Positions 25,483 through 38,700 of a DNA stretch of 64,000 nt are shown one piece after another. The position numbers were made by a program, and so were the translations under genes. Where the stretch lies: NCBI GenBank assembly GCA_049999805.1, contig JBNGIO010005951.1:132700-196699 (forward strand), read 5' to 3'. The notes beneath the pieces are model-generated. The model had not been told where the DNA came from. It saw only the letters and a list, made by a program, of their open reading frames with translations, and ran no database searches. Within the stretch, counting starts at the first letter, position 1; every line of letters begins with the position of its first letter. This DNA comes from Folioceros fuciformis (lineage: Eukaryota).

Positions 25483-27398
25483 ATGGAAGGCAGTACCCCG
25501 TTACCGAGGTTACAGAAAAACCCGCAGGTGAACCACAAACCCGACAGCTATGCCGACTTGGAAGATTTGGAATACCCGGGTGCTTTGTACAGCGCTATGG
25601 AGCTTTATCTCCCTACCAACATGCTGAATGCTCCAAGAAATAGGAAAATTCTATTCATGGAGAAGATTCTGGCAAAATATCGTCCTAATGCCGATCGGGC
25701 TCGGGTAGGTAGGGGAATGCTTGGTAGGGGGACTGTGGTTTTCAATCCAGTGTGAATTTGGAAGTGGTCCGACAGGTGGATCGCAGAGATGCTTAAAAAT
25801 TGGTGCTTGCTTGATGCTCTTTGACTGTTATCCAGGATGCTGCGGCTGCTGAGCGTCCAGAGAGGATGTGAAGTCACTCATTATGTATGTTATGAACGTG
25901 CAGAGACATCGAGAGTATCGTGAGAGAATCAGCCACTGCTACCAGGTAGGTGTGCATGCAGCAACTTAGGAGGTTTCCATCTTGTAACCAGCACCATAAG
26001 TTTATGCCGTATGCATATATACTGTCTGAGCAGAGCAATGGTTCTGGTGCTGCAGCCTTTGCACGAAGAGCTCTACTCTCTGGATCCAGACCGCTTCTTT
26101 GTCCGATCGTTTCTGGATGCTGTGAAGGAGGGTACTCGGGAGTCCATACAAAGTATACTAACCGAGCATTCACCAGGAATTTTCACTTTTGATATGCTTG
26201 AGCCTACTTTCTGCTCCATGATGTTAGACGAAGTAAGCGCGTGGTCCCTCCTTCTTAGTGCTATGCGACTGGCCATATGTCATCATGCTTGGTTTCCTCA
26301 TTGCTGTCAGCCTTGCAGGTTGAACACTTCGAAAACTGGGCTACTGAGGCCAAGGTTAAAGTCATGAGACCAAATACAATGAATAACTATGGGGCCGTGC
26401 TAGATGACATTGGCATGGAAACCATGTTGGACAAGCTCATGCTTGACTTCATCAGACCCATGGCCCAAGGTAACCTCCTGCAACACCTTTGTGAATCCTT
26501 TCTGTTTTACACTAAGATCTTGCACGTGTTGCTGACTAAGGCGAATCTGATCTGTTCAATGCAGAGCTCTTTCCAGATGTGGGCGGGTCGTCACTTGATG
26601 CTCATCATGGTTTTGTCGTAGAATATAGTATGGACAGAGATCTTGAGCTCGGTAAGTGTTTGATCTTTGCTAGTACCTTGCTGCAAACTGTGTATTCCCT
26701 TTACAAGCACCGCAATTAGCTGTACCTCTGTGTGCCTTGTGTATGCATAGCATTGTGCCATGTAGTTGTAGCATAGATACTGAATCTGTTTGTGGTATGA
26801 TCATGCCATGAATTGGGTTCTTCTGTACCAGGTTTCCACGTCGATGACTCAGAGGTCACCTTGAATGTATGTCTGGGGAAGAATTTTGAAGGTGGCGAGC
26901 TTTTCTTCAGGGGCGTTCGCTGTGAGAAGCATGTAAATGGGGAAGCTCGACCTCAGGTTTCCCAGTCGCACTTACGCCTCCAACCAGCTTGTTGGTGCTA
27001 CTTGTTTTTTGTTGTTATGTACATCACGCTGGGAGGATGGGACGATAGCTGATGCAAGGTAGCTTATGACAGGAGGTGTTGGAGTATTCTCATGTACCAG
27101 GCCGTGCAATTCTTCATGCTGGACGGCACCGTCATGGTGCCAAAGCCATCACATCCGGACATCGCTCAAACTTGATTATCTGGTGTCGGAGGTTTGTGTC
27201 GCTCAGTCATGTGTATTATTCAGGGAAAGTCTCCTCTTACTCACCCTAGTTGTCGATTCATTTTCCACTTGCAGCTCGGAATTTAGGGAGCTAAAGAAGT
27301 ATCAACTCGACTTGTCGACCTGGTGTGGAGAGTGCTTAATGCGGAAAAAAGAAAGACGTCGTCGGTTATCCTTGGCAAAGCGACAGCTTGCTTCCTAA
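25483..27398 (+). CDS. 2-oxoglutarate/Fe(II) dioxygenase, CUPULIFORMIS (ICU11/CP2)-like
   Basis: Multi-exon. Motifs RPNTMNNYGAVLDD, GFHVDDSEVTLNVCLGK..GGELFFRGVRC (HxD), LHAGRHRHGA, RSNLIIWCR, C-terminal WCGEC. Confidence 0.93.
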
Positions 27399-27756
27399 TT
27401 TGTGGGTGGCAGGTGATTGCCCTACTTGTGGGCGATAGGTAGTAGGCTTGTAGTGTACCCTCATTTTTAACATGAACGAAAGGTATTCGTGAATCTGGGG
27501 TCCGATCGATTTACATGTTTCTCGCTGCAAATGGCTGCGATGTCATGCTGACAAAAATCTATTAACAAGTGTGACCCATAACGGATTACGGTAAAGATAT
27601 GCGTCCTATTTATATCGAATTTATCGACTACAATATCTGATTCTGACTACAGACGTTGAAGATCGTGCCGGGTTGAGCTCTACGCTTCGGCAATGCGGTG
27701 ACACAGGAACAATATCAGAGAAACCGTATCATACCCAGAGAGATCTCAATAACATG

Positions 27757-30700
27757 CTAACCGGGAGATGCCTGAGCTCCTTCCCTTAAGATATCTGTTC
27801 CTCCCCCAATAAAATCACCCTCGTTGGGCACTCCAGCACCGTGTGAAACACCAAGCATTCCGTCGTCTAACCTCACATCGCCCAAGCTGGACTTCCCGTG
27901 AAAAGGGCTACTCTCACCTCCGTTGGACTTGCAACTTCTATCCAACGCTGTGGGGTAATCTGGAACAGCTCCACTCCCCTCGTCCCCGCACCTGTCACTA
28001 CTCACTGATGGTAAAACTCCAGTTGGCCGACAGTTGGATCCGTCATCCACATCCGAGAATGAAGCCTCATTGGCATCAGGGCTCTTCCTGCAGGCGTTGT
28101 CAGAGTCGCGATCATCAAAAGCTTCCGACACGCCGTCATCATTCCTGAGAGCCGCCTTCGACTTGCCCACTTCATCTTCCACTTCAAGCTGAGAACCTTC
28201 CGCTTCAGCTGTCCCAGCTTGATCTTGAGCTTCCTCAGATTTCAGCCTTTTCATCCAAGCATCATCACCATCACCATCATCACGGCCACGCTTAGGGCTT
28301 TGCGCACCTCCTCGAGGCCAGGGTATATCCTCAATGGCAGCTGCAATCGAAACTTTGTTCTCTGCCCGCTTCGAAGGATGACCCTTAATGTGATTGCTGT
28401 TTGGCAGCACAGGAATGTCCTCTTCCTCGTCTTCATAATCCACAAGTCCGAAGGAATTTCCCCTGCAGTTCAAAAGGCTGCTCAGTCCATGCTCAACACG
28501 ACCTGTGCTTGCCAAGAAGAGCTACACAAAATCAAATCAGATAACCTGAAAAGCACAGCTGCTAGGGCGTTGCCGTTCACAACCACTGCTGGGGAAGGGA
28601 ATGAAGGAGAAGCTCCTTTTGCAGACACGGACTCTTCCTCATCATCGCTGCACAATATGAAGAAAGTATGGTAAACACACTCGATTCCCCTAGATTCTGT
28701 AAAAATCTACCTTGTTCATCTTGATTGCCTTACCTATCTTCATTGAAATAATCTTCCTCATCCTTGTCAAGTGCTCTCTCATCTTTGCGATGTCTTGCAT
28801 CTACCACAGCATCGCCATCATTGCGAATTCGAGGGTGTGCGGAATCTGTACTGTCTCTCGTCGCTTGTGTATCTCGTGCACCAGGTCTCGATCCTTCCAT
28901 ATTCTGCGAATCCATCCACAAGTGAGTGAGTGCACTTTCGAAGATGTAGCTGGGAAGCAGCTTCCACGACATGACAATGAAAAGTAAATGAACCCGCATT
29001 ACCTGCTCATATTTCAATTTGAGAGATTTATACGTGTGAACATACTCAATTTTCTCAAGCTTGTCGCCAAAAGTTTCAACGAAATGTGCGATCAAATTGC
29101 TCATGTTCTCCTGCAGAGTTCGGAGGCATGAGGAGACCAGGTGATCAAATCAGACCAAAAAAGATAAAAGCTTCAAACGGTACCTTCCGGATGAAGTCTA
29201 TGAGCTCCAACACAGCTGAGTTTAACAGGTTATAGCGCCTCCCATTTGCCAAAAACGCCTGAATTACAGGCTCAAACAAATTGTTCTTTACAAGGTAGCG
29301 GGAATAGAAATCCTCCTGCATCGAGAGAAAGATAAGTAAACCCAAACATTTTAGGCATTTCCAAAACGTTGCACGGGAGGTCTTGACAGAAGGAGGACCT
29401 TCAACCCGACACAGGTCCGAATAAACCGCACTGCAGCCACAACAAGATACTTCTCCTTACAACGGGTGAGCCGCAGAATTTTTTCAACAACATTATTACG
29501 CATTACGTAGTACCTGCAAAAGCACAGCCACAGCAAAATAAGATCGCGAGTAGAACCGACTACACCATAGCCATCAAGAACCAAATAACATTGCAAATCA
29601 TGCGATAACCCCATCGACAGCCAGAAGACCGAGGACTTGAGTAATTACTTGATTTTGAAGCCATGGTGCTGTACACAGAAGCACAGAAGCTCACAAATGT
29701 TAGCTAAGGTCTCTGGCGTGACAGGACCCTGTTTTCCTGCCACAGCAAAGCTTGAAAGTTGCTTGGACTTCTCTCTGTTTCCCTTCTGTAGACATCCTGC
29801 CGTTAGAGCCTCAAGAAGCTGGTCCATGTACTTTTCATAAAACACGTTTTTCACATCAAGGAAGGTGTCTCTTTCTGCATTTTGCTGCAATTTCACAACA
29901 GAAGACCTTTCAGGGAATTGGTCCATGCAACCCACAGAATTGCAAGATAGTTAGAGTCGTCTGCCTAAAATCACGCATCCATAACATCCATCAGCTATCA
30001 AGAGGGCCAAAGAAGGAAACAAAGAAAACGAAAACCCAATGATGCTGTACAAGACAGGGAGCCCATACCGATTCCTTAGTCTCAGAGTCCAACAGCATGC
30101 GCATCACTTCAAGAAGTTGGGCTTGAAGGCCACCTTCACCATGGGTTAGCATACCCTTCACCTGCAAGGCACAGCAATCATCCATCCTGAGGAAGGTTCT
30201 GGAAAAGGTTGCAAACAATCTTCAAGAGAACAGGTCCACTGATGGACACCAGAGGTTGTTTCCTGATGAAACCATGGAAAAGAAGATGCAAAGACAGTAC
30301 CAAAAGACTGAAGAGCTGATTGTCAGGTTGCTCCACCAGGAAAACTCGGAGCAGTATTGGCTCGTGACTCAACACGACAATTAAGATGTCACTTCTGCGC
30401 AAGGTACAAAGGACTACATCGGTTGGCACTGAAAATCTGAACCACAGTTCCCAGCCCACATTTATTGCCACTAATTTAGGTGGACTGAAGAAAACACATA
30501 CCCGATTAGACGGACAGCTTGGTCAGAGCTCTGAAGAGCATTGGTAACCGTGTCAAATAAACCTTTCTGGACTAGAGTACTGAAAAACAATGACAGACGT
30601 CAAGCAGAAGTACAGCCTCTTCTTCAGTCATCGCAGATAGACTACTAAAGAAGAACTCCCAGGGCATCATCTCACACCACATGCTGCACTAGTAAACATG

Positions 30701-33700
30701 GGCATCAGCTCGAAACAGCTCACACCTGAACAGCCTACTTCGATTAGCAGCCTGCACATGTTTACTTAGATTTACAAACTCCTGGACAAACAGCATCTGA
30801 AACACATCACAGTAAACAAGAAAAAGCTCAATCTTTCAAACAAATGAGCAGTTGAGTCCAACATACGCGAGAAAAAGTGTTAACAAGATGGCTACACAAA
30901 AGGAATGCCTGATTGAAATTGAGGAAGAAAACCACACACCAAGTCTTTCTTGACTTCTTCTGATGTTTCATGTGATCCTAGCTTCTCAAATAACTCGTCT
31001 AGAAAAACATTATTCGACTGAAGAGATGATACAACCTACAATCAACAATGAGACCAGTTTTCAGCGAAAAAGAAATGGCAAATGAACACAAAAAACGGGA
31101 GCATTGAGTTACAATAACCGACAAAGCGTACCGCAGCATGGTTAAAGAGAATCATTGAGTTTAGAGTTAAAAAGGTTTGATCATTCAGTACTCTTGGTAG
31201 TATTACATCCTGAAGCAATGGACGAGAACCCAACAAGATGAATCATCATGACGTATAAGGCAAAACTGATTGGAAACCACAACAGTCCAGAGACAAAGTG
31301 GACTGTGTTTCCATTTGACAGACTTTACCTTTGTGTATGTAATGCGGTAAGTCTGGTGAATCTTGGACACGATTGAAGCATCGTGAATAGGGACAGCCTG
31401 AATCAGACATTTCAGAAGTAAGCAATTAGGAGTCAAAACAACTGCAGCTCATAAAGCTTGGAGATCAATGATATCACTGAATCAGCATTCCACCCAATCA
31501 AACAGAGACCACCTCCTTGTAGAGGACAACGTCCTTCAGAAAGTGACGATGTTCTTGGCGTGTTGGAAGATCTGGATCATCTGCATGGACATCCATCTGA
31601 CGTGTGAGGTAGCCTTGACAGTCTTGAGAAGTTTTTTCAACAGAATAAATACAGACAGCCAAAAGGATGCCCTGCTTCAACTGTCACTGCAGAGACAATC
31701 TGGCAAACTTCCAAGCTCAAGAAAATGATATAACTCAATTGTTAGAGGTCTACGAGGAGGAGCGTACATTCTAGTGCTCCAACCACATCCATGACGTATT
31801 CATTGCTGAAGAGAACCTCAAAGAGACGTGGATCATTCAATAAAACTGCACCAAAAAAATGAAAATGATGAGGCTCCTTGAGACGAATTGCTGGCAAGTC
31901 CAATGGTTAAAACTTGCATGGACAACTTACTTAGTCCTTTTACAATCTTGTACAGCATGTGAAGACCCTCGATATTTTCCAGATCTTCACAAAGTCTAAA
32001 TACCTCTGCTAACTTGTGTATGTAATTCCACTGCAATCGGCCCAAACATGAGAAAAAGAAAACGGACAGCAAAATAAACATCGAGACATTCTAAAAATGG
32101 GGGCATGCCATGGCACTGACGGTTCTCAGAGAAAGGTCAGTGCACACATTTGGTTAAGGGAGAGAGGGAGTCCATGCGAAATTTTCCAAAAAGACACAAA
32201 GAGCAACATGACCAGAACAACAACATAACACCACAAGCCATCTGGCTTGAGAGAGAACCAAGAATATAATGCTGGAAGATCCCATCACATACCTCATCAT
32301 CAATGAGATTAGCAACACGAGGCCGCTCAAATGGCATAACCTCCGCCACTACCTAAAACGCCACTCCAAAATAGCAAGCAAAATAAGTATACAAGATAAT
32401 TGGAGGTAAGAAACGAAAACACTGAGGATGGCAACCACATCATCAAACCGCATGTCCAGTAAGCACATTCAGGACAAACTAGGAATACCGATTACTCATC
32501 AGCCAGAGTGCTGGCTGACGAAGGAAGGGGAAGGAGATCTCAGGTTGGGCATGCGATTGCCACATATTTGTTCTTAAAAGTAAAACGGTGAAAACTTCAC
32601 AGCATGAGCAGCAAAGAATTACCTATCATCTCTGCTTTGTTGCTCAGCGAGGTTCAAATGAAGTTGGAACCAAGCCCTAACAATCACAAAAAAAATCCAG
32701 CGAAAGCCAGCAGAGACTGCCTACTTTAGACAAGTTGTCTCTGTCTGCTTTACTCACCAAGAAACAGGCAATCTGCACAGAGCACATACATAGGAGACAT
32801 TTGAGACCATAAATACATAAGGAGAGTGTGACTGACCCACCTTCACAATTTGAGGAAGGTTGGTCAGCTCCGGTACAGGTAATTCAATCATATCACCGCC
32901 AGCACCTGCAAACACGTGCCATCGCCCAGAGGAACCAGAATGTCTTTCTTCAGCCAACATGACTGAAGTACTCCTAAGGAAATCTACAAAGGACAGAATT
33001 GACGTTGATAAGGAGCCAGAATGACAGTGCCATTCCCTCCCATACTACTGATCGACTGTAATCCCTGGTTCAGCCCAAGTCACTTCAAGTATCTCACCTT
33101 CCTCATGTGAGGTGCCTGAGTGCTCAAAATCATTGTACGCGGCGCGTGAACCAGCATCTATGCCTGACAGAACAAAATACCACCAGTGTCGAAGTGTTTC
33201 CTGGGAAAACATTTTAGGAGGAGACCAATCACAAACATGTGACAGAAAACTATGCGATCGCCTACCTCCAACAGACGGGAAGGGGATTGTACCTTGCACA
33301 TGGCGAATCTGATCCCTGCATAACAATGACAATCAGGACTTCAAGCAAAAAAAGATTATCACGCCATTCCTCCAAGTAAACCAGGGACCAAACATTCAAA
33401 TACCAGATAAACGAGCATCCCATTGATTCCTGAAAACTGAGGGCCAGATCTGTTGCCACGTCTGGATCCTTCCAAGAGATGATGGTTTCTACAAGGCCGA
33501 CATCAGGACATAAGCAGAAGATCTCAAAGACTGTGCAAACCAGTACATTTTGATTTACATTCACAAGACTCTCCCACACCAACATCCCACGCATGCAAGC
33601 CTTGCTCCACACACTGAAGAGACATGACTTCATACAATCTAATAACATAGCCGAGGGATCCCCAGGAGTACCTTCCTTCCTGCGGTATACATCCTCAGCG

Positions 33701-34212
33701 GATATTCTATGGATAAGCAAGGTTGTTGCGTTGTCTTCCTCATCAATCACGACAAGCCCAACAGCCTCAGAGCGCTGCGCCGAGAGGACAACGAAACAAC
33801 ATTGTAAGGGACCCCCCCACGTGATTGAATTATCCAACCGCCGCCCACCAAACACGAACAACCACAATGTCATACCTCGAGGTACTCGACGTAAACGTGC
33901 CCTGTACCCTTATCGTCCCATTTCCCTTCTTCGTTCAACCGATACACCTTGACGCGCTGCATGGCCCAGACAGGCGTCAGCGTCATCCTCGTACTCGTCA
34001 TCCCAGCCACGCTGCCTCCAAATCCTAAACAAACCACAACTAGGAACGGCGAGGGAGACGCAGCCCCCAGCCCGAGACCCAATTCGGACCCAGCTCACAT
34101 CCTCGTGCCTCTGACACACACACGAGCAATCAAGCAAACCACAAGGCTAGGCTGATTTCCAGCTCAACGGCGATGTGGAGCAAGAGGAGCTTACTTCTCC
34201 TTGGTGTGCCAT
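27757..34212 (-). CDS. PP4R3: Protein phosphatase 4 regulatory subunit 3 (SMEK/PSY2L)
   Basis: Micro-exon MAHQGE (34212-34195) splices to EVH1-like [21 protein letters not shown]. Also [21 protein letters not shown]-1 region [61 protein letters not shown]. About 20 or more exons. Confidence 0.95.
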
Positions 34213-35713
34213 CCCGCACAGGCATTACGCCAACATGACCCCTGTTTGCAAACAGCTTGGATCCAATAAACCGGTATGGAGCAGAATTTCACTGGAGCCC
34301 CACCTCCCGGAAGAGTAAGGGTGCGGCGTTGGGAGAGACGACTTCACGAGGCCGCATTCTTGCAGTCCAGACCCAGCTCCTGAGACAATGACCGTACGCG
34401 TGCGTTGCCTTTCGCTGAACCTTCCAGCCCGTTCCGGCCTGGCCCGGCCCGGCCTCCGACCTCCCGCCCCCTCGCCTGGCCTGGCCTCGTCCCGGCCCTG
34501 CCGCGCCTACGCCTACCCCTGCACTCGGGCTCGCGGTTCCGCTCCAAACGCTCGAAAATCTTCGCTTGTCCCTTTTGCTTAGGTTGAGAGTCCCCCGCCA
34601 GCTGCGAATCGTCTCATGTGTGTCCGGCCCTCCACGGGCTGGTCTAGGGATCAACTAATGTTTCCATTTTTTATGTCTAAAATCTGAGTCGGGCAGGTCA
34701 GTGATGAACGGCAAGACAGAAACCGACGATTTCTCCTCTCCAATCGTCTCTTACAACCGGCGTGTGAAAGGCATCCTCGTGCAAACCTACTGTACATGCA
34801 TTGGCACTTACTACTGTAGGGCGATATCTAGGGTTTTCGATGCAGGCTTCGCTCGGAGGCCAACACCCGGCATAGCTGATCATGATGATCAGGACGTATC
34901 CACTACCCCGCCGCAATGCAAGGATTCTCTCCATTGCCCTCGATCCTCGACGGCACTGGTTCATGGAGCTTTCTGACAATCTCACTGAAAATGGGCCACA
35001 GGCTCCAACTCCACATGCAGCCCGCGGATGAAGCCCGGCCAGCATATACAGTTATGGTCTTCCGCGCGTGTTCCGGCCGAGCTCCCACATGCTCCAAAAG
35101 CTCCTGAAAAAGATGTGTACACACATGGCTACCTCAATTTGAGCCAAAGCTACCCATGTGACCATTTAAGGGCCATGCGTATGTGGCTGGAGGAGGAGGA
35201 TATGCGTGTGCCTTGATCCAGTCGGACAGCTTTTCCGCTTTCCTGGGAAGTAGAAACCTGGAAACCACCAGGAAGGGGAAGATGGCAAGGCACCTGTTGC
35301 TCGACAGCAGGTGTCGAAAGGAAAGCAGGCCGGTGCTCCAGTCTGGTTCGACTGCGAGGCTTGTTGGCGATCACTGGTCTCTGGTGCAAGAGAGCCTAGG
35401 CCAACACGGACCCAGTGGCTTGGTACCGAAACCCATGGAAACCCAAGGTTCTCTGCTGCTGAGATTCTGCGGTCAGCCAGGTGGCCCTTAGGGCTTACTA
35501 TCATTTCTGTTCTTCTAGACAGTACCCCCGGCTTGGATGTACTTGGGATCTGTGGCCCGTGGCACCACAATGAGTGGAGGGTGACCTGGTCACATCGTCC
35601 AGGGTATGTACGCAGCCGGCGTCTCCCTGTGCCCACACGAGTGCTCTTCCTTCCCTTCATGAGGTATGCCTGCCAGATTGTGGCATGGACTACATCCATA
35701 TTTCGGCCCTGCG

Positions 35714-38700
35714 TCACTCCCTGGACACGTACTTGTACCCAACTGAGAAACTCAGCACCAGCCCGTCCATGTCTGTCCACCAACTCTGGCCTGGTTCCTT
35801 CCGGGCTCCAATTCCTGCTTTCCATGCCTGCACTTCCCGTGCACGCTCCCACATCTGGGCATCAGCATATATGTTTGACATCAACAGGTATGCTCCAGCA
35901 TCATTCTTGTCCACCTTCACAGCTTCATCAAACGCATGGCGACCCACCTCCACATTGCTCCATTTCCGACAAGCACCCAAGAGAGTGTTCCAAACTGCAG
36001 CATCGGGTGGGAATGGCATTGTCGTTAGTAACGACAGCGCCTCGTCCAGGAATCCTGCACGACCCAGGAGATCCACCATGCATGTGTAGTGCTCTGCCGT
36101 GGGAGAGATGCCATACAGTCTGGTCATCTCCTCGAAGAATCTTCGACCTTCGTTCACTAGACCGGTATGACTACATACTGTTAGTACAGAGGAAAAGGTG
36201 ATGCTGTCCGGGGGTATGCCACTCTCTCTCATTCTCAGAACCAAGTGAAAGACCTGTTTGCTGTTTCCTAGATTGGCGTACCCAGAGATCAACGCATTCC
36301 AGGCAGCAACATCCCTTCTCGCCATTGCCTCAAAAACCAACACTGCATCCTCCATGCTACCACACTTTCCATACATGTTTATCAAACTGCCGGCTATGAG
36401 CATATCAGCTTGAAACCCAGCTTCTTTGATTTGTGCATGAAGCTGCCTTCCCAGATGCAAGGCTGCCACATTTGCACATGCCTGCACCAAACACAAAAAC
36501 GTAACGGAATCAGGTGCTTCCATGCCGTCTTCCTGCATAGCCTTGTAAAGCCTGAGGGCCTCTAGCCCCATGCCCTTCTGAGAATATCCTGCAATCATGG
36601 CATTCCACGTAACCACATGCTTCTGGGGAAGTTCGTCAAACGCGTCCTGAGCGCTCTCTAGGTTGCCGCACTTGGCATACATGTTTATCAAACTGCTGGC
36701 TACAAACTCATTCCCCAAAAGCCCTCGTTCTGTCAGTTGTGCATGAAGCTGCTTTCCCGTCTCCAAAGCAGGAATACCCACAACCGCACATGCCTGAAGG
36801 AGGGACACAAAAGTCACAGAGTCGGGCGTTACAGTACATTCGTCTTGCATGGCCCTGTAAAGACGAAAGGCTTCCTGCCCCATGCCATGCTGAGCATAGC
36901 CTGCTATCATGGCATTCCACATCACCACATTCCTTTCACCTAGTCCATCAAAGACAGTGCGAGCATCTTCTAGGCTGCCGCACTTTGCATACATATTTAC
37001 CAAACTGCTGGCTACAAAGGGATCATCCTGAAAGCCGTGCTCTTTCACCTTCGCATGAATCTGCTTCCCCTTCTCTAACGCTGGATTGCCCACACCTGCA
37101 CAAGCTTGCAGTAGGCATACATATGTGACAGAAGTGGGTGCAGCTTTGTCTTCCTCTTGCATAGCCCTGTAAAGATTCAGGGCTTCTTGCCCCATGCCCT
37201 GCTGAGAATATGCTGCTATTAGGGTACTCCATGTCACCGAATCTTTTTGGGAAAGTCTATCAAAAATGTCCCGAGCATCTTCTAGGCTGCCACACTTGGC
37301 ATACATGTTTACCAAGCTGCTGGCTACAAACGGATCAGCCTGAAGTCCACGTTCTCTGATCTGTGCATAGAGTTGCCTACCCTGCTCAAGAGCGGGTGTT
37401 CCCAAACTTGCACATGACTGAAGTAGGCCCGCAAACGTCACACAGTCAGGTGTGACGGAGCCTTCTTCTTGCATACCCCTGTAGAGACCAAGAGCTTCCT
37501 GCGCCATGCCCAGCTGGGAATATCCTGTTATCATGACATTCCACGTCACCACATTCTTTTCACCAAGCCTGACAAACACATCTTGAGCATCCACTAAGCT
37601 GCCACACTTCACATACATATTTACAAGTCTCCCCCCTACGGCCACATCAGCCTGGAGTCCTCTTTCTCTAATTTGTGCGTGAAGCTGCTTCCCTGCATCC
37701 AAGGCCAGGGTGCCAACGCGTGCACATGCCTGCAACAGGCACATGAATGTCACAGAATCAGGTGAAACAATGCCTTCTTCTCGCATGGCCCTGTAGAGTT
37801 GAATGGCTTCCCATCCCATGCCCTGCTGGGAATATGCCCCTATCATAGCACCCCACGTCACCACATCCTTTTGATGAAGTGAATCAAAAAGATTCCGAGC
37901 ATCCTCAAGGCTCCCGCATTTTGCATACATGTTTACCAAACTGCTGGCTACAAACACATCAGCTTGAAGCCCTTCTCCCCTTATCTGTGCATGAAGTTCC
38001 CTTCCATTCTCCAAACCGCAGGAGCCCGCACTTGCACATGCCTGCAGGAGGCACACACATGTTGCCGAGTTGAGTGTCATCATCCCTTCCTCTTGCATAG
38101 CTCTGTACAGCCGAAGGGCCTCCTGGCCCATGCCTTGCTGGGAATATCCTGCTATCATGACATTCCATGTCACCACAGTTTTTCGATCAAGCCCCTCAAA
38201 CACTTGCCGAGCAGCCTCCAAGTTCCCGCACTTGGCATACATGTTCACCAAGCTGTTGGCCACAGACACATCAGTCTGTAGCTCTTGTTCTCTGATTTGT
38301 GCATGAAGTTGCCTTCCCTTGGCCAAAGCTGGAGGGCCCACACATGCGCAAGCCTGCAACAAGCACAGAAATGTCACCGAGTTGGGCGCAACAAGGCCTT
38401 CTTCTAGCATACAACTGTAAAGACGAAGAGCTTCCTGACCCATACCCTGCTGGGAATACCCTGCAATCAGAGCACTCCATGTCACCACATCCTTTCGAGG
38501 AAGCCCGTCAAACAACCTTTGAGCGTCTTCCAAGCTGCCACACTTTGCATACATGTCCACCAAACAGCTGCTGACAAACAAGTCACGCTGAAGGCCACCA
38601 GCCATCACATCAGCATGCACCTTTTGCCCCGATTCCAAGTCCACTCCCTTAGCACAAGCCTGCAGGGCTGCTACAAAGACATGTGCATCTGGTTTTATGC

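Noticed and set aside
35630-35716. U-to-C editing rescuing in-frame stops after the PPR
   Set aside because: Such editing is organellar, and the downstream frame lacks the catalytic DYW residues anyway.
35166-36201. 296-aa, 228-aa and 171-aa ORFs
   Set aside because: Antisense or alternate frames overlapping the PPR 3' end.
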